Source: a virus
IMG/VR virus record: IMGVR_UViG_3300005518_000017
Span: 4,629 to 68,628 of that record
Strand: one strand, 5' to 3'
DNA: 64,000 bases
The position numbers and the translations under genes were made by a program. Numbering within the stretch: position 1 is the first letter of the stretch; each line of letters starts with the position of its first letter. Shown piece by piece: positions 17,420 to 28,061 of the stretch. The notes beneath the pieces are model-generated. The model saw only the letters and a list, made by a program, of their open reading frames with translations. It was not told where the DNA came from and made no database searches.

Positions 17420-17893
17420 ATGAGAGCGATTCAGCTTACTCGCGGGAAAGTGGCTTTTGTAGATGACGAAGACTACGAATCAGTTTCTGATTTTTCATGG
17501 CGTGCCGTGCTATGTAACGGAAAGTGGTATGCGAGAGCATATGTCGGGGGCGGGGCGAGTAACCCGGTAGATAAATATTTGCATCATTTATTGTTGGGAG
17601 GAATCAGGGTAGATCATATTGATAGTAATGGGCTAAATAATTGTCGAGATAATTTGCGTCCCGCCACACAGCAACAGAATCGGTGGAATTCTGCCAGTCA
17701 TTCAGATGCTATTAGTAAATTTAAAGGAGTGTCCGTAGACCCCCGGCGCAAGAAAAAATGGCGAGCCAGAATACTATGTTCTGGTAAATCGCATTGGTTG
17801 GGTTATTTTTATTCTGAACAGGAGGCGGCGGATGCCTACGACAAATCGGCCAAAGAACTGTTTGGAGAATTCGCCAAACTTAATCGGGTATGA
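17420..17893 (+). CDS. HNH homing endonuclease with AP2 domain
   Basis: IQLTRGKVAFVDDED, VDHIDSNGLNN.R.NLR, SKFKGV...W.A...LGYF.SE.EAA.AYD. Confidence 0.92.
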   Translation: MRAIQLTRGKVAFVDDEDYESVSDFSWRAVLCNGKWYARAYVGGGASNPVDKYLHHLLLGGIRVDHIDSNGLNNCRDNLRPATQQQNRWNSASHSDAISKFKGVSVDPRRKKKWRARILCSGKSHWLGYFYSEQEAADAYDKSAKELFGEFAKLNRV

Positions 17894-18747
17894 CTGGCTT
17901 CGCCTACATTCGGGTAAGCGGTGCGAGTCAAGTGGATAAGGATGGTCCCATCCGCCAGCGCGACGCAATCAAATCCTTCTGCGGCCAGCACAAGATTGAA
18001 CTCATTGATGAGTTTTTTGAAGCCGGAGTTTCCGGGGCAAAAGACTCTATGGATCGCCCCGCTTTTCGAGATTTAATCAATATGGCCGCGCGTTGTCGCG
18101 AGCGAGGAATCCCGGTCGAGGCAATTATTGTCGAACGAATGGACCGGATGGCGCGCGATTTGATGATCAGCGAAATCATGCTCAAAAATTGCAGAGATAA
18201 TAAGCTTCAAGTGTTTGCGTCGGATCATGGAACACTCACTGATATGGCTTCGGATGGCGACGACCCCACGCGAAAATTAATACGACAAATTTTTTCTGCC
18301 CTGAGTGAGTGGGAAAAAAATGTAATTGTGAAAAAACTGCAAGCGGCCCGCCGTCGCCTTCAATTTGAAGGTCGTCCATTTGGCCATGCGGTTCGCTACG
18401 GCGGCAAGCCGGGGGAACAGGCGGTTATCCGGGACATGCACGAACTCTATATCATTCGCGGATACAGTCTGTCCAGAACGGCGGAAGAATTGAACAAGCT
18501 GGGTCATCAGACTCGCTTTGGAAGGCCGTGGAGAGTGGGGACCGTGCTAAACGTTTTGGAAAAAACTACGGAGGTGAGGGAGCCGGAGACCGTCCAAGAA
18601 GAAATTGATCAAATCCGAGAGCACAAAATTCATACTCGCGGACATCCGCTTTTCTTGATTCCCCTTAATCCGCATACACTTAGGGTTCCTAAACAGATTC
18701 CGAGGAGTGGGAAAACTGAATCAGAGATGGTGGAAATTTCGGGGTAA
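17890..18747 (+). CDS. serine recombinase (resolvase catalytic domain plus recombinase DNA-binding domain)
   Basis: AYIRVS...Q, GVSG..DRP, VERMDRMARD, A.ELN..G..TR.G..W. Confidence 0.92.
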   Translation: MTGFAYIRVSGASQVDKDGPIRQRDAIKSFCGQHKIELIDEFFEAGVSGAKDSMDRPAFRDLINMAARCRERGIPVEAIIVERMDRMARDLMISEIMLKNCRDNKLQVFASDHGTLTDMASDGDDPTRKLIRQIFSALSEWEKNVIVKKLQAARRRLQFEGRPFGHAVRYGGKPGEQAVIRDMHELYIIRGYSLSRTAEELNKLGHQTRFGRPWRVGTVLNVLEKTTEVREPETVQEEIDQIREHKIHTRGHPLFLIPLNPHTLRVPKQIPRSGKTESEMVEISG

Positions 18748-19030
18748 AAGTGGGGGAAATATAGACTATATTTTTCCCCAAAACCAAACAAAAAAAAAGA
18801 AAGAAAAAAAAATGGACCAAGCATTCATCTACTACACGAAATTCAAGGGTCTCGGCGCGCGTTCTGAAGTCGTCGAGGACGCCCGGCAACGCGCGAAGGA
18901 AGACGCCCAGCTTCGGCTGGCCAGAATCACCAATGGAGTCCACCCGGACTACATCAACGGAAACCCAAAAGACAAAGAGAAAGGCAGATAAATAGGACGT
19001 AATGGCCCAAGAAAAATCTAGTTTCAGTAG

Positions 19031-19060
19031 TGACCGCTCTTATGGGCGGTCATTTTTTTT
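19031..19060 (+). terminator. intrinsic terminator
   Basis: TGACCGCTC-TTAT-GGGCGGTCA followed by a T run. Confidence 0.8.
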
Positions 19061-19099
19061 TGTTTTTTCACCCCTACCGGGGGCACTACTATATAGAAC

Positions 19100-19474
19100 A
19101 TGAAAGTTTTTATTGTCTATGATCTGGCTGGCCCGGCCCGGCAAGCTGAATTGATCCGGCTGTTCGAGAGATCGTGGGGTGCGCGCGGATGGCGGGTTCT
19201 CCTACTCACGAAATGGCAGGCGCGCAAACATCCCGATTTTGTGGAAACTATGCCGGTCGAGGAATGGAAATGGTTGGCGCTTTACATACGGACTCGTGGG
19301 CGCGGGGGCTTAGTGATGTCGTCCTCCATGATGAATTTTTCAGCCCGCAACGGTAAAGAAGCGGAACGGATAGCGCAATTCTCTTATGAGGGTTGGGAAA
19401 CTTCCCCGGTGGTGAACTTCCCCAATAATTTTGGGATGGACGAGATTTTGACTTGCGGCAGGTCGTTAGAATGA
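19100..19474 (+). CDS. possibly degenerate glycosyltransferase-like protein
   Basis: SW...GW....L...A..HP...WLAL...GG..MSSS; the expected DxD is replaced. Confidence 0.4.
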   Translation: MKVFIVYDLAGPARQAELIRLFERSWGARGWRVLLLTKWQARKHPDFVETMPVEEWKWLALYIRTRGRGGLVMSSSMMNFSARNGKEAERIAQFSYEGWETSPVVNFPNNFGMDEILTCGRSLE

Positions 19475-21417
19475 CGCCAGAGCAAATTCAATTGGCGGGC
19501 GTAGTATCCGGTCTGGTTCACATGGAAAAATGGGCCGACGCCGCACGTCTGTTGAACGATTGCCTCGATCTGAAATTGAAAGTGGATTTCAGCGATCCAA
19601 AAAAATCGGGGACCGTCTTGCAGACGTATCTTCATTTTTTGCTTAACGCTCCGGGGGGAATGACACTCGCCGCCGGGCTTCTATGGACCCCCAATCAATT
19701 CACCTCCAAACCCCAGAGCGTGCGCGATCTTTGGACTCTCATAGATGAGGCAGATACCGGGTTGATCATGGGTGCCGCATCTATGGGAAAAAGTTTTTCT
19801 GTGGGTGCTAGATTTTTTCTCGAATGGATACGTGATCCTATTTACACGTCGATTAAGTTCATCGGCCCAAGTAAAGAACACCTAGAAGCAAATTTGTTTT
19901 CGCATATAGTCAGTCTTCATAAGGCGTCCAAACTGCCGCTTCCCGGAGAAGTGGGGGAACTCTATATAGGGCTGGATCGCAGAGATCAGCTTTCTGCGAT
20001 TCGCGGCGTTATCATTCCGATAGGGCATTCCCGAAAAGCGGGCCGGTTACAAGGCACAAAACGAAAGCCGAGAACGAATCCCCATCCGATTTTCGGGCCA
20101 CTTTCCCGGCTATTGATTTTCATAGATGAAATTGAAAACGTCCCCGGAGGGCTGTGGAAAGATATTGATAATGTGCTCTCCAATTCGGATAGCGAGTATC
20201 ATTCGATGAAACTCTTCGGTGCTTACAATCCAACTAATCAGCACGACGAAGTAGCAAAACGCACTGAGCCGGTTTTCGGTTGGGGTGATTTCGACGCAGA
20301 CACGCATTTTCGATGGAAATCTAAACGCGGTTGGGAAGTTCTTCGCCTCGACGGAGAAAAATCTGAAAATGTAATTCAGGGGAAAGTGATTTATCCCGGC
20401 CTACAAACGCGCGAGGGGCTGGAAACGATTGCTAAGAATGCTGGTGGGCGTCAAGCCGGGGGATACCTTAGCATGGGCCGAGGTGCATATCCAGAGCAGG
20501 GCACTGAGTTGGTGATTGTTCCTATGGCGATGGCGCTTCGCGCGCGCGGAGAGGCAATCTGGTATGATAACCCGAATCCCGTGGCCGGTTGCGATGTGGC
20601 GCTGGAAGGCCGGGACACGTGCAGCTATTCTTTGGGAAAATGTGGGCTGGCGACTGGGGTGAAATATCCCCCGAATATTGAACACCCAAACGGATATACC
20701 ATCATGTTCAAAGACCGGAGTAATCAGGTCATTCCGCGATGGCTTATTCAACTCGATCAACAATTTCCGCTTCCGAAAGCCGCCACTCCAGAAATGAAAG
20801 ACGCAGTGATAAGTGTCACGAAGCGAGCCGGAGTCAAACCCGAATATTTCGCGATTGATCGAACTGGTATCGGAACCGGTGTCGCAGATTTTGTCAAATC
20901 GGAATGGTCGTCTCAAATTTACGACATCAATTATTCTGCTGGGTGTTCCGAGGGAAAACGCATCATGGCCGAGGACGCGAAGACGTGTGACGAGGATTTT
21001 AGCCAAATGTGCTCCCAGCTTTGGTTTATGCTTCGGGCGTTTTTAGAATTTGGTAATTTGCTGATTCACCCCTCGGTGGATACCACCTTACTTTTCTCCC
21101 AGATAACTACGCGCCGTTTTCGCATGGTAGGAAAGCAACGAAAAGCCGAGTCTAAGCGGGACTATATGTCACGAGAATCTCAAGGCTCTCCCGGAGAAGC
21201 GGACTCGTTGACTTTGATGTGTCACGCGGCATGGGCGGGTTCGGGAGTTACGCCTTCGATGAAGGGGACGGATAATGCCGGGGGTGGGAATGCGGGAGAC
21301 GACGATGATTGGTATTCGAGCCGGTATCCGGGAGGTGTCATAATCGATGAAACAAACCGGACAGACGTGCTTGACGACCGCGTGAGAGACGGGGACTTCT
21401 TGACAGACATGATATGA
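19471..21417 (+). CDS. terL: terminase large subunit
   Basis: Walker A GAASMGKS, Walker B LIFIDE, YNP; nuclease GCDVA, AIDRTGIG, SPGEADS. Confidence 0.9.
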   Translation: MTPEQIQLAGVVSGLVHMEKWADAARLLNDCLDLKLKVDFSDPKKSGTVLQTYLHFLLNAPGGMTLAAGLLWTPNQFTSKPQSVRDLWTLIDEADTGLIMGAASMGKSFSVGARFFLEWIRDPIYTSIKFIGPSKEHLEANLFSHIVSLHKASKLPLPGEVGELYIGLDRRDQLSAIRGVIIPIGHSRKAGRLQGTKRKPRTNPHPIFGPLSRLLIFIDEIENVPGGLWKDIDNVLSNSDSEYHSMKLFGAYNPTNQHDEVAKRTEPVFGWGDFDADTHFRWKSKRGWEVLRLDGEKSENVIQGKVIYPGLQTREGLETIAKNAGGRQAGGYLSMGRGAYPEQGTELVIVPMAMALRARGEAIWYDNPNPVAGCDVALEGRDTCSYSLGKCGLATGVKYPPNIEHPNGYTIMFKDRSNQVIPRWLIQLDQQFPLPKAATPEMKDAVISVTKRAGVKPEYFAIDRTGIGTGVADFVKSEWSSQIYDINYSAGCSEGKRIMAEDAKTCDEDFSQMCSQLWFMLRAFLEFGNLLIHPSVDTTLLFSQITTRRFRMVGKQRKAESKRDYMSRESQGSPGEADSLTLMCHAAWAGSGVTPSMKGTDNAGGGNAGDDDDWYSSRYPGGVIIDETNRTDVLDDRVRDGDFLTDMI

Positions 21418-21986
21418 AGTTCAATCAGAATCTTCATCCCAAAAATGGTGGATATCTTTTCATAGAATCCGATGGGTCTCCCTTGCGCGGAGATAGTTTC
21501 CGAAGTTTAGTTGCACGGGTTCAGGATTATCGTAAACGAAACGGTTTTTCGCTGGGGGACCCGGAGGGAGAAGTGACTCAACAGCTATGCGCGAGAAATC
21601 CGGCTCTTTGTTCGCACGAAACTCCTGCGGCTAAAAGAAAAAAGCAAGAAGTCTCTTTGAAAGGCCGGTTGCTTTCTTGGCTCAGCCGTCAGCGTCAGAA
21701 AAAACAACCCCTCGATTTTGTAGACGCACAACTTGCGAAACGCCGGGCTGCGATCTGTGCTTCGTGCCCGATGAATCAAGCCCTGCCGGAAGGATGTTCA
21801 TCTTGTCGCGCTGCGGTCCGAGAAATGCGGGAAGAGTTATTGGGAAATAGAAAAATCGATAGACGGCTATACGGATGTATTATATTGGGTCACGATTGCG
21901 CTGTTGCTACTCATTTGGAGGAAATACGGACAGACAACCCGGAACTCCCGGCTCAATGCTGGCGTAAAGTGGGTGGTGCCCAATGA
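21414..21986 (+). CDS. Cys-rich (Zn-binding) protein
   Basis: RAAICASCP, CSSC, C...C, CW. Confidence 0.65.
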   Translation: MKFNQNLHPKNGGYLFIESDGSPLRGDSFRSLVARVQDYRKRNGFSLGDPEGEVTQQLCARNPALCSHETPAAKRKKQEVSLKGRLLSWLSRQRQKKQPLDFVDAQLAKRRAAICASCPMNQALPEGCSSCRAAVREMREELLGNRKIDRRLYGCIILGHDCAVATHLEEIRTDNPELPAQCWRKVGGAQ

Positions 21987-22249
21987 CGATACCGCGCCCG
22001 TGGTATGCCGTTGCTTCGATTTTTCGCGTAGCCTATGCCCGATGGTATGGGTATTCTATACTCGCTTCGTCTTCGGAAGTTTTGATACGCTTGCCAATTT
22101 GTATAGATTGCCCGTTTAGAAATGGAAGCCAATGCGGTGTTTGCGGCTGTTTAATCGAGGCCAAAACGATGATAGCTGTCGAGAAATGCCCAAAAGGTAA
22201 GTGGCCGTCAATATGGACGAAACGCTCTAAATCGAGCACTAATCATTAA
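21983..22249 (+). CDS. small Cys-rich protein
   Basis: RL.IC..CP...CGVCGC...KT....CP.GKW. Confidence 0.65.
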   Translation: MTIPRPWYAVASIFRVAYARWYGYSILASSSEVLIRLPICIDCPFRNGSQCGVCGCLIEAKTMIAVEKCPKGKWPSIWTKRSKSSTNH

Positions 22250-22254
22250 ATACA

Positions 22255-24315
22255 ATGCCGTCTCAACCCTATTACAGCACAGGTCCCCTTAATCCAACTG
22301 GGGGTATTATCCAGTCGCCCGAAATTAACAAATCCGGCGAGCCGACGCAAAAATCCATCAAGGACGCTGGAATGGCGCGGGAAGTTGTGAAATTGGTGAT
22401 CCAAGCGAATCGCTACGCCAACATCGTAAATGCGAGAATTCTTGCGAAGTATAACGCGGAGCGGCCCCACGATGCGGCGAAGCTGGAACAAGAAGGTTTG
22501 GGCTGGAAGCAGAATTTTACTACAAAGCCGTTGCCGTCCATGATCGAAAAAGTGGCTCCTCGATTTACTGAGGCCGTTCAAGGGGTGAAATATCTTACAA
22601 ATTCGTCATTGTCTTCAGATCATGACAATTCGACCGCCAAAACGGAAAAATTCAGAGAGGTCATCACCAATACCATCCGGGGGCGCAAGGGATGGAAAAC
22701 ACTAGTTGAAGATATTGCGTTTGACAATTCACTGTTCGGGCACACAGTAGTCGCGTGGCTCGATGAATTTTCGTGGTTTCCGCTTCATTTTAAACAGGAT
22801 GAAAATTTTCTTGCTGATGGGTGTAAACAGACCGTGGCTTTTGCGCAGATCGCGATTTTAAAAGAGACCTACCTGCCGCATGAACTGTTTGCCAAAATCA
22901 AAGACAGTGATACTGCCAAGACTCTTGGATGGAACATAGAGAAAACTCGCGACCAGATAAATAAGGCGTCACCCGCGCAAATTCGGGACCGGCTAAACGT
23001 TGGCGGGACGCTGGAGACATGGTATCAGAATGCTCAGCGAGAATTGGTTCTTGGAACTTCTTACATGGCCGGGGCCAGTGTGATTGTGGTTTATACGCTA
23101 CTCGCGCGCGAGGTTAGTGGAAAAATTTCTCATTATCGCCTTGCGGGAACCGAACTGGAAGAAATTTTTTCCAAAGATGACCGGTTTGATAGCGCAGAAG
23201 ATTGTCTTGCTTTTTTTGCTTACCAAAAAGGCAATGGCACTATGCGGGGGTCTAAGGGGGTCGGTCGTGATGTTTATGAACTGGCGGGAATGCTGGATCG
23301 AAATAGAAACGAAATAGTTGACCGTTCGATTCTGTCCGGGAAAACTTTTGTTCAGGGCGATATTAAGCGGATTCACACCTTCAAGATGTCGGTAATCGGT
23401 TCTACTGTCGTTATACCGAACGGCTGGACAGTGCTCGATCAGCGGATCGATGGTAATGTCGAACCTTTCTTGAAACTCGATGCCTATTTTTCGATGCTCG
23501 TAGATCAACTTGTTGGTTCGACTTCTACCCCGCAGGCGCTACTTCAGGGTGAACGAAAATCTCCCGATCTCGTCAATTTGTTTGCGTCGCGGGAAGAGGA
23601 ATCGCGGGATACGAAGATTTCACGCTTCATGGAGCAATTTACGGACATGGTTGCTACGATGCAAAAACGTATTTGCGACCCGGAGACGATAGAAGAGGAT
23701 GCCAAGGAGGCGCAAAAAGAATTGTTGAAAATAATGTCTCGTGAGGAGATCAACGAGATATGTAAAAAACCGGTCGCGTCTACCGTAAAAGATTTGACTC
23801 CGCAGCAACGGCAAATGATTGCCGCGATTGTGGCGGAAAAAAAAGGCCATCCACTTTACAATCAACTCCAGCTTGAGAAAGAAGATTTGATTGCCCGGAT
23901 TGGATCAGATTTTGCCAACCGAGTTTTGCTACCAGAAAATGATCCCACGGTTGAGGCCGAGAACTCTCGGCAAGCGCAGATGGAGATGGCTTTGCTCAGT
24001 TTGGGTCAGCCGGTCCCGGTGAGTCCTCGCGATAATCATCTTGTGCATTTGAGTATTCACGCGCCGGGCGCGGAGCAAATGGCGCAGCATTTGATGGACG
24101 GGAAAACTGAAACTCCCGCGTTCGAGGCGGTGTTAGCCCACATAACTGAACATTTCAATCAAGCACTTTCTCACGGAGGGCCGAAAGAGAAATTAGCTCC
24201 CATTGCGGCTTTGGTGAAACAGGCCGGACCGATGCTGGCTAAGCTTAAAGAACTGGATGCACAGGCTGAACAATTATCGGCCCAGACTCAAGAGCACGAC
24301 CAAGAAATGCCATAA
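22255..24315 (+). CDS. portal protein
   Basis: 686 aa, helical, between terL and scaffold; P22-like C-terminal DNH.VH motif. Confidence 0.8.
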   Translation: MPSQPYYSTGPLNPTGGIIQSPEINKSGEPTQKSIKDAGMAREVVKLVIQANRYANIVNARILAKYNAERPHDAAKLEQEGLGWKQNFTTKPLPSMIEKVAPRFTEAVQGVKYLTNSSLSSDHDNSTAKTEKFREVITNTIRGRKGWKTLVEDIAFDNSLFGHTVVAWLDEFSWFPLHFKQDENFLADGCKQTVAFAQIAILKETYLPHELFAKIKDSDTAKTLGWNIEKTRDQINKASPAQIRDRLNVGGTLETWYQNAQRELVLGTSYMAGASVIVVYTLLAREVSGKISHYRLAGTELEEIFSKDDRFDSAEDCLAFFAYQKGNGTMRGSKGVGRDVYELAGMLDRNRNEIVDRSILSGKTFVQGDIKRIHTFKMSVIGSTVVIPNGWTVLDQRIDGNVEPFLKLDAYFSMLVDQLVGSTSTPQALLQGERKSPDLVNLFASREEESRDTKISRFMEQFTDMVATMQKRICDPETIEEDAKEAQKELLKIMSREEINEICKKPVASTVKDLTPQQRQMIAAIVAEKKGHPLYNQLQLEKEDLIARIGSDFANRVLLPENDPTVEAENSRQAQMEMALLSLGQPVPVSPRDNHLVHLSIHAPGAEQMAQHLMDGKTETPAFEAVLAHITEHFNQALSHGGPKEKLAPIAALVKQAGPMLAKLKELDAQAEQLSAQTQEHDQEMP

Positions 24316-24371
24316 CCGGAGGCCCCCAATAATTTTTTGTTTTTTCCGTAAAAAATACGGCACTATTAAAC

Positions 24372-24680
24372 ATGATAGTAGATGATGCTTTGCCGTGGAC
24401 CAGCGATGATATCGCAAATTGGGCGGCATTCTTGAATACTAAAACCGGGCAACGGCTGATTCCCAAACTGGTAGAAAGTTGTCCGGCCCTTTTGGGATGC
24501 GGAGACACTAACAATATTCTTATACGGAGCGGCGAAGTAAGAGGATTTGCGGAGACCGCCCGTGTTCTGCTTTCACTGACTCACGAACCCGAAGGTCTTA
24601 AAAAAGACCCGACTGCGTATCCTTCACCGGAGGACGATGCGGCGTGGGACGATAAAGAAAAACTCAACTCTGAACACTAA
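24372..24680 (+). CDS. small head-morphogenesis protein
   Basis: FL.T.TG.RL motif; position between portal and scaffold. Confidence 0.6.
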   Translation: MIVDDALPWTSDDIANWAAFLNTKTGQRLIPKLVESCPALLGCGDTNNILIRSGEVRGFAETARVLLSLTHEPEGLKKDPTAYPSPEDDAAWDDKEKLNSEH

Positions 24681-24686
24681 TCATTT

Positions 24687-26009
24687 ATGCCTGAAAATAC
24701 AGACCCATCCATCATTGTAGAAAAAACTCTCGACCCGGCAGAAAATAATTCTGACGTGGCGAGAAAATTGGCGGAGCAAGATCAAACACTGAAGCCGTCT
24801 AAGCCAGAAGCCCTCCTAGACGCGGGTTCCGCGCTCGACGCCTTACTAACAGAGAAGCAAAAGCCGAAAGTTGACGAGGCCCCGGTTGTCCCTCCGCCAG
24901 AGAAACCGGCTGAGAAGGCCCCCGCAGATACCGCGACCCCTCCGCCGCCGGTTGAAGACCCTCATAAGAAGCGCGCCGAAGAACTTTTCAAAGATTCCCC
25001 GGCTCTGCCGCCCGGCGCTAGTCCAAAATCGTCCGAAGCGTTTTCGGCGGTAAAGATTAAAGCCGCGCAGGAAATAAGCGCGCGCGAACAGCAATTGGCA
25101 GACTTACAGAAGAAGAACAAGGAGCTAGAGGAAAAGTTAAAAACCACGGTGCCAGAGGCGCTAACTAAAGAACTTGAAGACCTTCGTCAATTTCGTTCCC
25201 GGCTCGATATCGAGGCTGATCCAAAATTCAAGGAATTCGATTCTGCGGTGGAACGGACTCGCGAATTCATCTATTCTCAGCTTAAGCAATCCCCCGCTGT
25301 TACAGAGGAAGTCATCGCTGCCATCAAGAAGCATGGAGGCCCCGAAAACGTAAATTTGGATAAGCTTTTCGAGGCGATCAAAGACCCCGCGATTCGTCGG
25401 GTAGTGGATTCTGCCGTAATGGATATCGAGAAGACCAAGTTCAACAAGGAAGAAACGATCAAAGCGGCAAAAGCAAACGTTCAGTCTTATGTGGCCGAAC
25501 GCCAAAAGCAGTTTGAGCAATTGTCTACCTCTCACGCAGAGCAAACTAAAGCGAAACTCGATCCGTATTTGCAGAATCTCGAATGGATGAAACCTCGCGA
25601 AATTCCCACTGGGGCCGACGAAGCGACGAAGAAAAGCGCAGAGGAGCATAATGCTTTTGTGGTCCAAACGTCACAGGGGTTGCAGGCGGCGCTCCAAGAC
25701 GACACGCCTGAAATGCGGGCGATTTTACTTACTGGGATGGCTCAGCTTTTGAATCTTCAGCGGGTCCACGAAGGAATGGCGGCGGAAAACAAGACGCTGA
25801 AGGCGGAAGTCGCAAAACTTACCGAACAAGTAAATAAATTCAAGACTGGAAGCACTACTCGGCTTCGCGAGAATGCTGCGGCCCCCGGCGCTGGCGGAAC
25901 ACCTGAACCCAAACCGGCGGATATGGTGAATATGCGTCCATCGGATGCTTTGGATGCTATTGCCAAGAGCATTTCTGAGCAACGCGCCAAGGCGGCGGCT
26001 GGAACGTGA
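24687..26009 (+). CDS. capsid scaffolding protein
   Basis: Pro/Glu/Lys-rich N-terminus, long coiled coils, position between portal and capsid. Confidence 0.75.
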   Translation: MPENTDPSIIVEKTLDPAENNSDVARKLAEQDQTLKPSKPEALLDAGSALDALLTEKQKPKVDEAPVVPPPEKPAEKAPADTATPPPPVEDPHKKRAEELFKDSPALPPGASPKSSEAFSAVKIKAAQEISAREQQLADLQKKNKELEEKLKTTVPEALTKELEDLRQFRSRLDIEADPKFKEFDSAVERTREFIYSQLKQSPAVTEEVIAAIKKHGGPENVNLDKLFEAIKDPAIRRVVDSAVMDIEKTKFNKEETIKAAKANVQSYVAERQKQFEQLSTSHAEQTKAKLDPYLQNLEWMKPREIPTGADEATKKSAEEHNAFVVQTSQGLQAALQDDTPEMRAILLTGMAQLLNLQRVHEGMAAENKTLKAEVAKLTEQVNKFKTGSTTRLRENAAAPGAGGTPEPKPADMVNMRPSDALDAIAKSISEQRAKAAAGT

Positions 26010-26464
26010 AAACTATTCCGCTGACAAGGGGGTTTGTTGCTACAATAGATGATGCTGATTATGACAAAGTGATACAGTATAAGTGGCACGCGCGGGTCAA
26101 GGCAACCGGTGTTTATGCTGTCTCTGAACGAATACCGGGTAAATACCTCCATAGGTTTTTGTTGCCGGGCGTCCCGCAAGTGGATCATCGAGATGGAAAC
26201 GGATTAAACAACTCGCGCGGGAATCTTCGCGCATCAGACAACGCGGCCAACAAACGAAGTTTTCGTAAAAAATCTATCGGGAAAACCTCAACTTTTCGCG
26301 GCGTATATTGGTGTCGGGAAACGAATAAATGGCGCGCCCAAATTCATACCTTCGGGAAGCACATTTCTTTGGGCCGATTTTTTGATGAAACAGACGCCGC
26401 TAAGGCCAGAGACAAAAAAGCAAAAGAACTCTGGGGCGAGGTCGCACAATTAAATTTTCCATGA
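26006..26464 (+). CDS. HNH homing endonuclease with AP2 domain
   Basis: VDHRDGNGLNN.R.NLR, STFRGV...W.A...LGRF. Confidence 0.92.
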   Translation: MKTIPLTRGFVATIDDADYDKVIQYKWHARVKATGVYAVSERIPGKYLHRFLLPGVPQVDHRDGNGLNNSRGNLRASDNAANKRSFRKKSIGKTSTFRGVYWCRETNKWRAQIHTFGKHISLGRFFDETDAAKARDKKAKELWGEVAQLNFP

Positions 26465-27324
26465 ATTCTGAAATCATTACTCCAGTTACGTCTCTTAAAT
26501 TGTATGAAAAAAAAGTAATGATTTCATGTCCTTGGTATCGTGAGGTTGCGCCGCAAACTGCCTTTTCGTTTGCGCAACTCCGGGATAGACGACGAACTTC
26601 TACAGTTCTTAACTTTGGCGACGCTTTTATTGCGCACTGTCGAAACCACATCGCGGATATTTTTCTTAAGTCAGATTGCGAATATCTTTTGACCGTTGAT
26701 TCAGATATGTTGATTCCTTTTGGAAATTCTGTTTGGTATCGCGCGCATACTGGATGGAATATTCCGGAACCCTTTGCCAGTTTTAATACTCTCGACCGGT
26801 TAATGAGTCATGGTAAAACTCTTGTGGGCGCGCTTTATTTTGGTAGGCAATCTCCAGACAGCAAACCGGTGTTTAACGAAGCCCTCGCCAATGAAACAGT
26901 AGCAAAAGAAATCCGGGAAAATTGTCCGCGAGATGAAATTCGGCAAACCGCGTGGGTTGGGACGGGCGCGATGTTGATTTCCCGTAAAGTGTTCGAGGAT
27001 ATTGAAAAAAAATTTCCGCTACTCGCCCGCAAGCCCGCGTTAAATGGTGAAAAGAGTGGGGGCAATTGGTTCACCAGTAGTGAGCACGAATTGATGGAAG
27101 ATGTTCGTCTTACCCACGAAATGCTTTCTGGGGGCGCGATGACCGGAGAAAAATGTTTGAAGGCGTATGCTATGCTAGATGCGGCATTGACAAAGGCCCG
27201 CAATGTTTCTGGTCTTGGTGTGGGCGAAGATGTCATTTTTTGCAGGCGCGCGGCACAATCTGGACATCCTGCATTTGTTGATTTGGGTCTGCGCGTCGGG
27301 CATATCGGAAGCAGAGTTTTCTGA
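26461..27324 (+). CDS. GT-A (GT2-like) glycosyltransferase
   Basis: RN...FL...YLLTVDSD, VGALY, GTGAMLISR.VF, GEDVIFC.RA, VGHIG. Confidence 0.88.
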   Translation: MNSEIITPVTSLKLYEKKVMISCPWYREVAPQTAFSFAQLRDRRRTSTVLNFGDAFIAHCRNHIADIFLKSDCEYLLTVDSDMLIPFGNSVWYRAHTGWNIPEPFASFNTLDRLMSHGKTLVGALYFGRQSPDSKPVFNEALANETVAKEIRENCPRDEIRQTAWVGTGAMLISRKVFEDIEKKFPLLARKPALNGEKSGGNWFTSSEHELMEDVRLTHEMLSGGAMTGEKCLKAYAMLDAALTKARNVSGLGVGEDVIFCRRAAQSGHPAFVDLGLRVGHIGSRVF

Positions 27325-28061
27325 TGAAAAAAATTCTGCTGGCATTACAGTTTTGGGCCGGGGATAAGAACCAAGCCGCGCGACTCGCAGATTTTATCGC
27401 CGATCTGGAATCCACACATTGTGAATGCGCTGATTTCCTTTTTGCGGCCCGTTTTGATTGCCCGCTGGACTTAGAATTGGTGAAGCGGGTTTCCAGAAAG
27501 TTCAATGTCCATACATACACTAGCCGACGACGGGGGAAGGGATGGCCGCAAGGATGCACAGAACTTTGGTTGAGCACGATGGAATGGTGCTACAGCATGA
27601 AACGCGGCAAGCGAATCCCAGACTACAGTGCGGTATTTATGATGGAGGCTGATTGCGTGCCGATATCTCGTGGCTGGGTTCAACATTTTCACGATCACTG
27701 GGAAAAAGAACAGGCCCGTTTAAACGGTAAATTATCAGTAATGGGTGTCTGGTTGCCTAATGGGGTGAGAGAAAATATCGGCCATATTAACGGGGCGTGC
27801 TTATGTTCTCTCGAAATGAAAATGGCGGCGGAGATAATCAGAATTGGTAATCGCTGTCCAGTTAATTTGGGGTGGGATTACTACGCTGGGCCGCAATTCA
27901 AAGCCCTTGGGTGGTCGGAAATGCCGGGATTTGTTTTTGATTGGCGTTCTGAAAAAGTTACTGAGGAAAAATTTAGAGACCTGATATCGAAGGGAACGGT
28001 CTTTCATCATGGCTGTAAAGATCGGTCTTTATTCGATCTGAGCCGGAAGAATCTATTATGA
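27324..28061 (+). CDS. glycosyltransferase-like protein
   Basis: GWP.G, MMEADCVP...W, HING, WD, HG.KD. Confidence 0.6.
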   Translation: MKKILLALQFWAGDKNQAARLADFIADLESTHCECADFLFAARFDCPLDLELVKRVSRKFNVHTYTSRRRGKGWPQGCTELWLSTMEWCYSMKRGKRIPDYSAVFMMEADCVPISRGWVQHFHDHWEKEQARLNGKLSVMGVWLPNGVRENIGHINGACLCSLEMKMAAEIIRIGNRCPVNLGWDYYAGPQFKALGWSEMPGFVFDWRSEKVTEEKFRDLISKGTVFHHGCKDRSLFDLSRKNLL

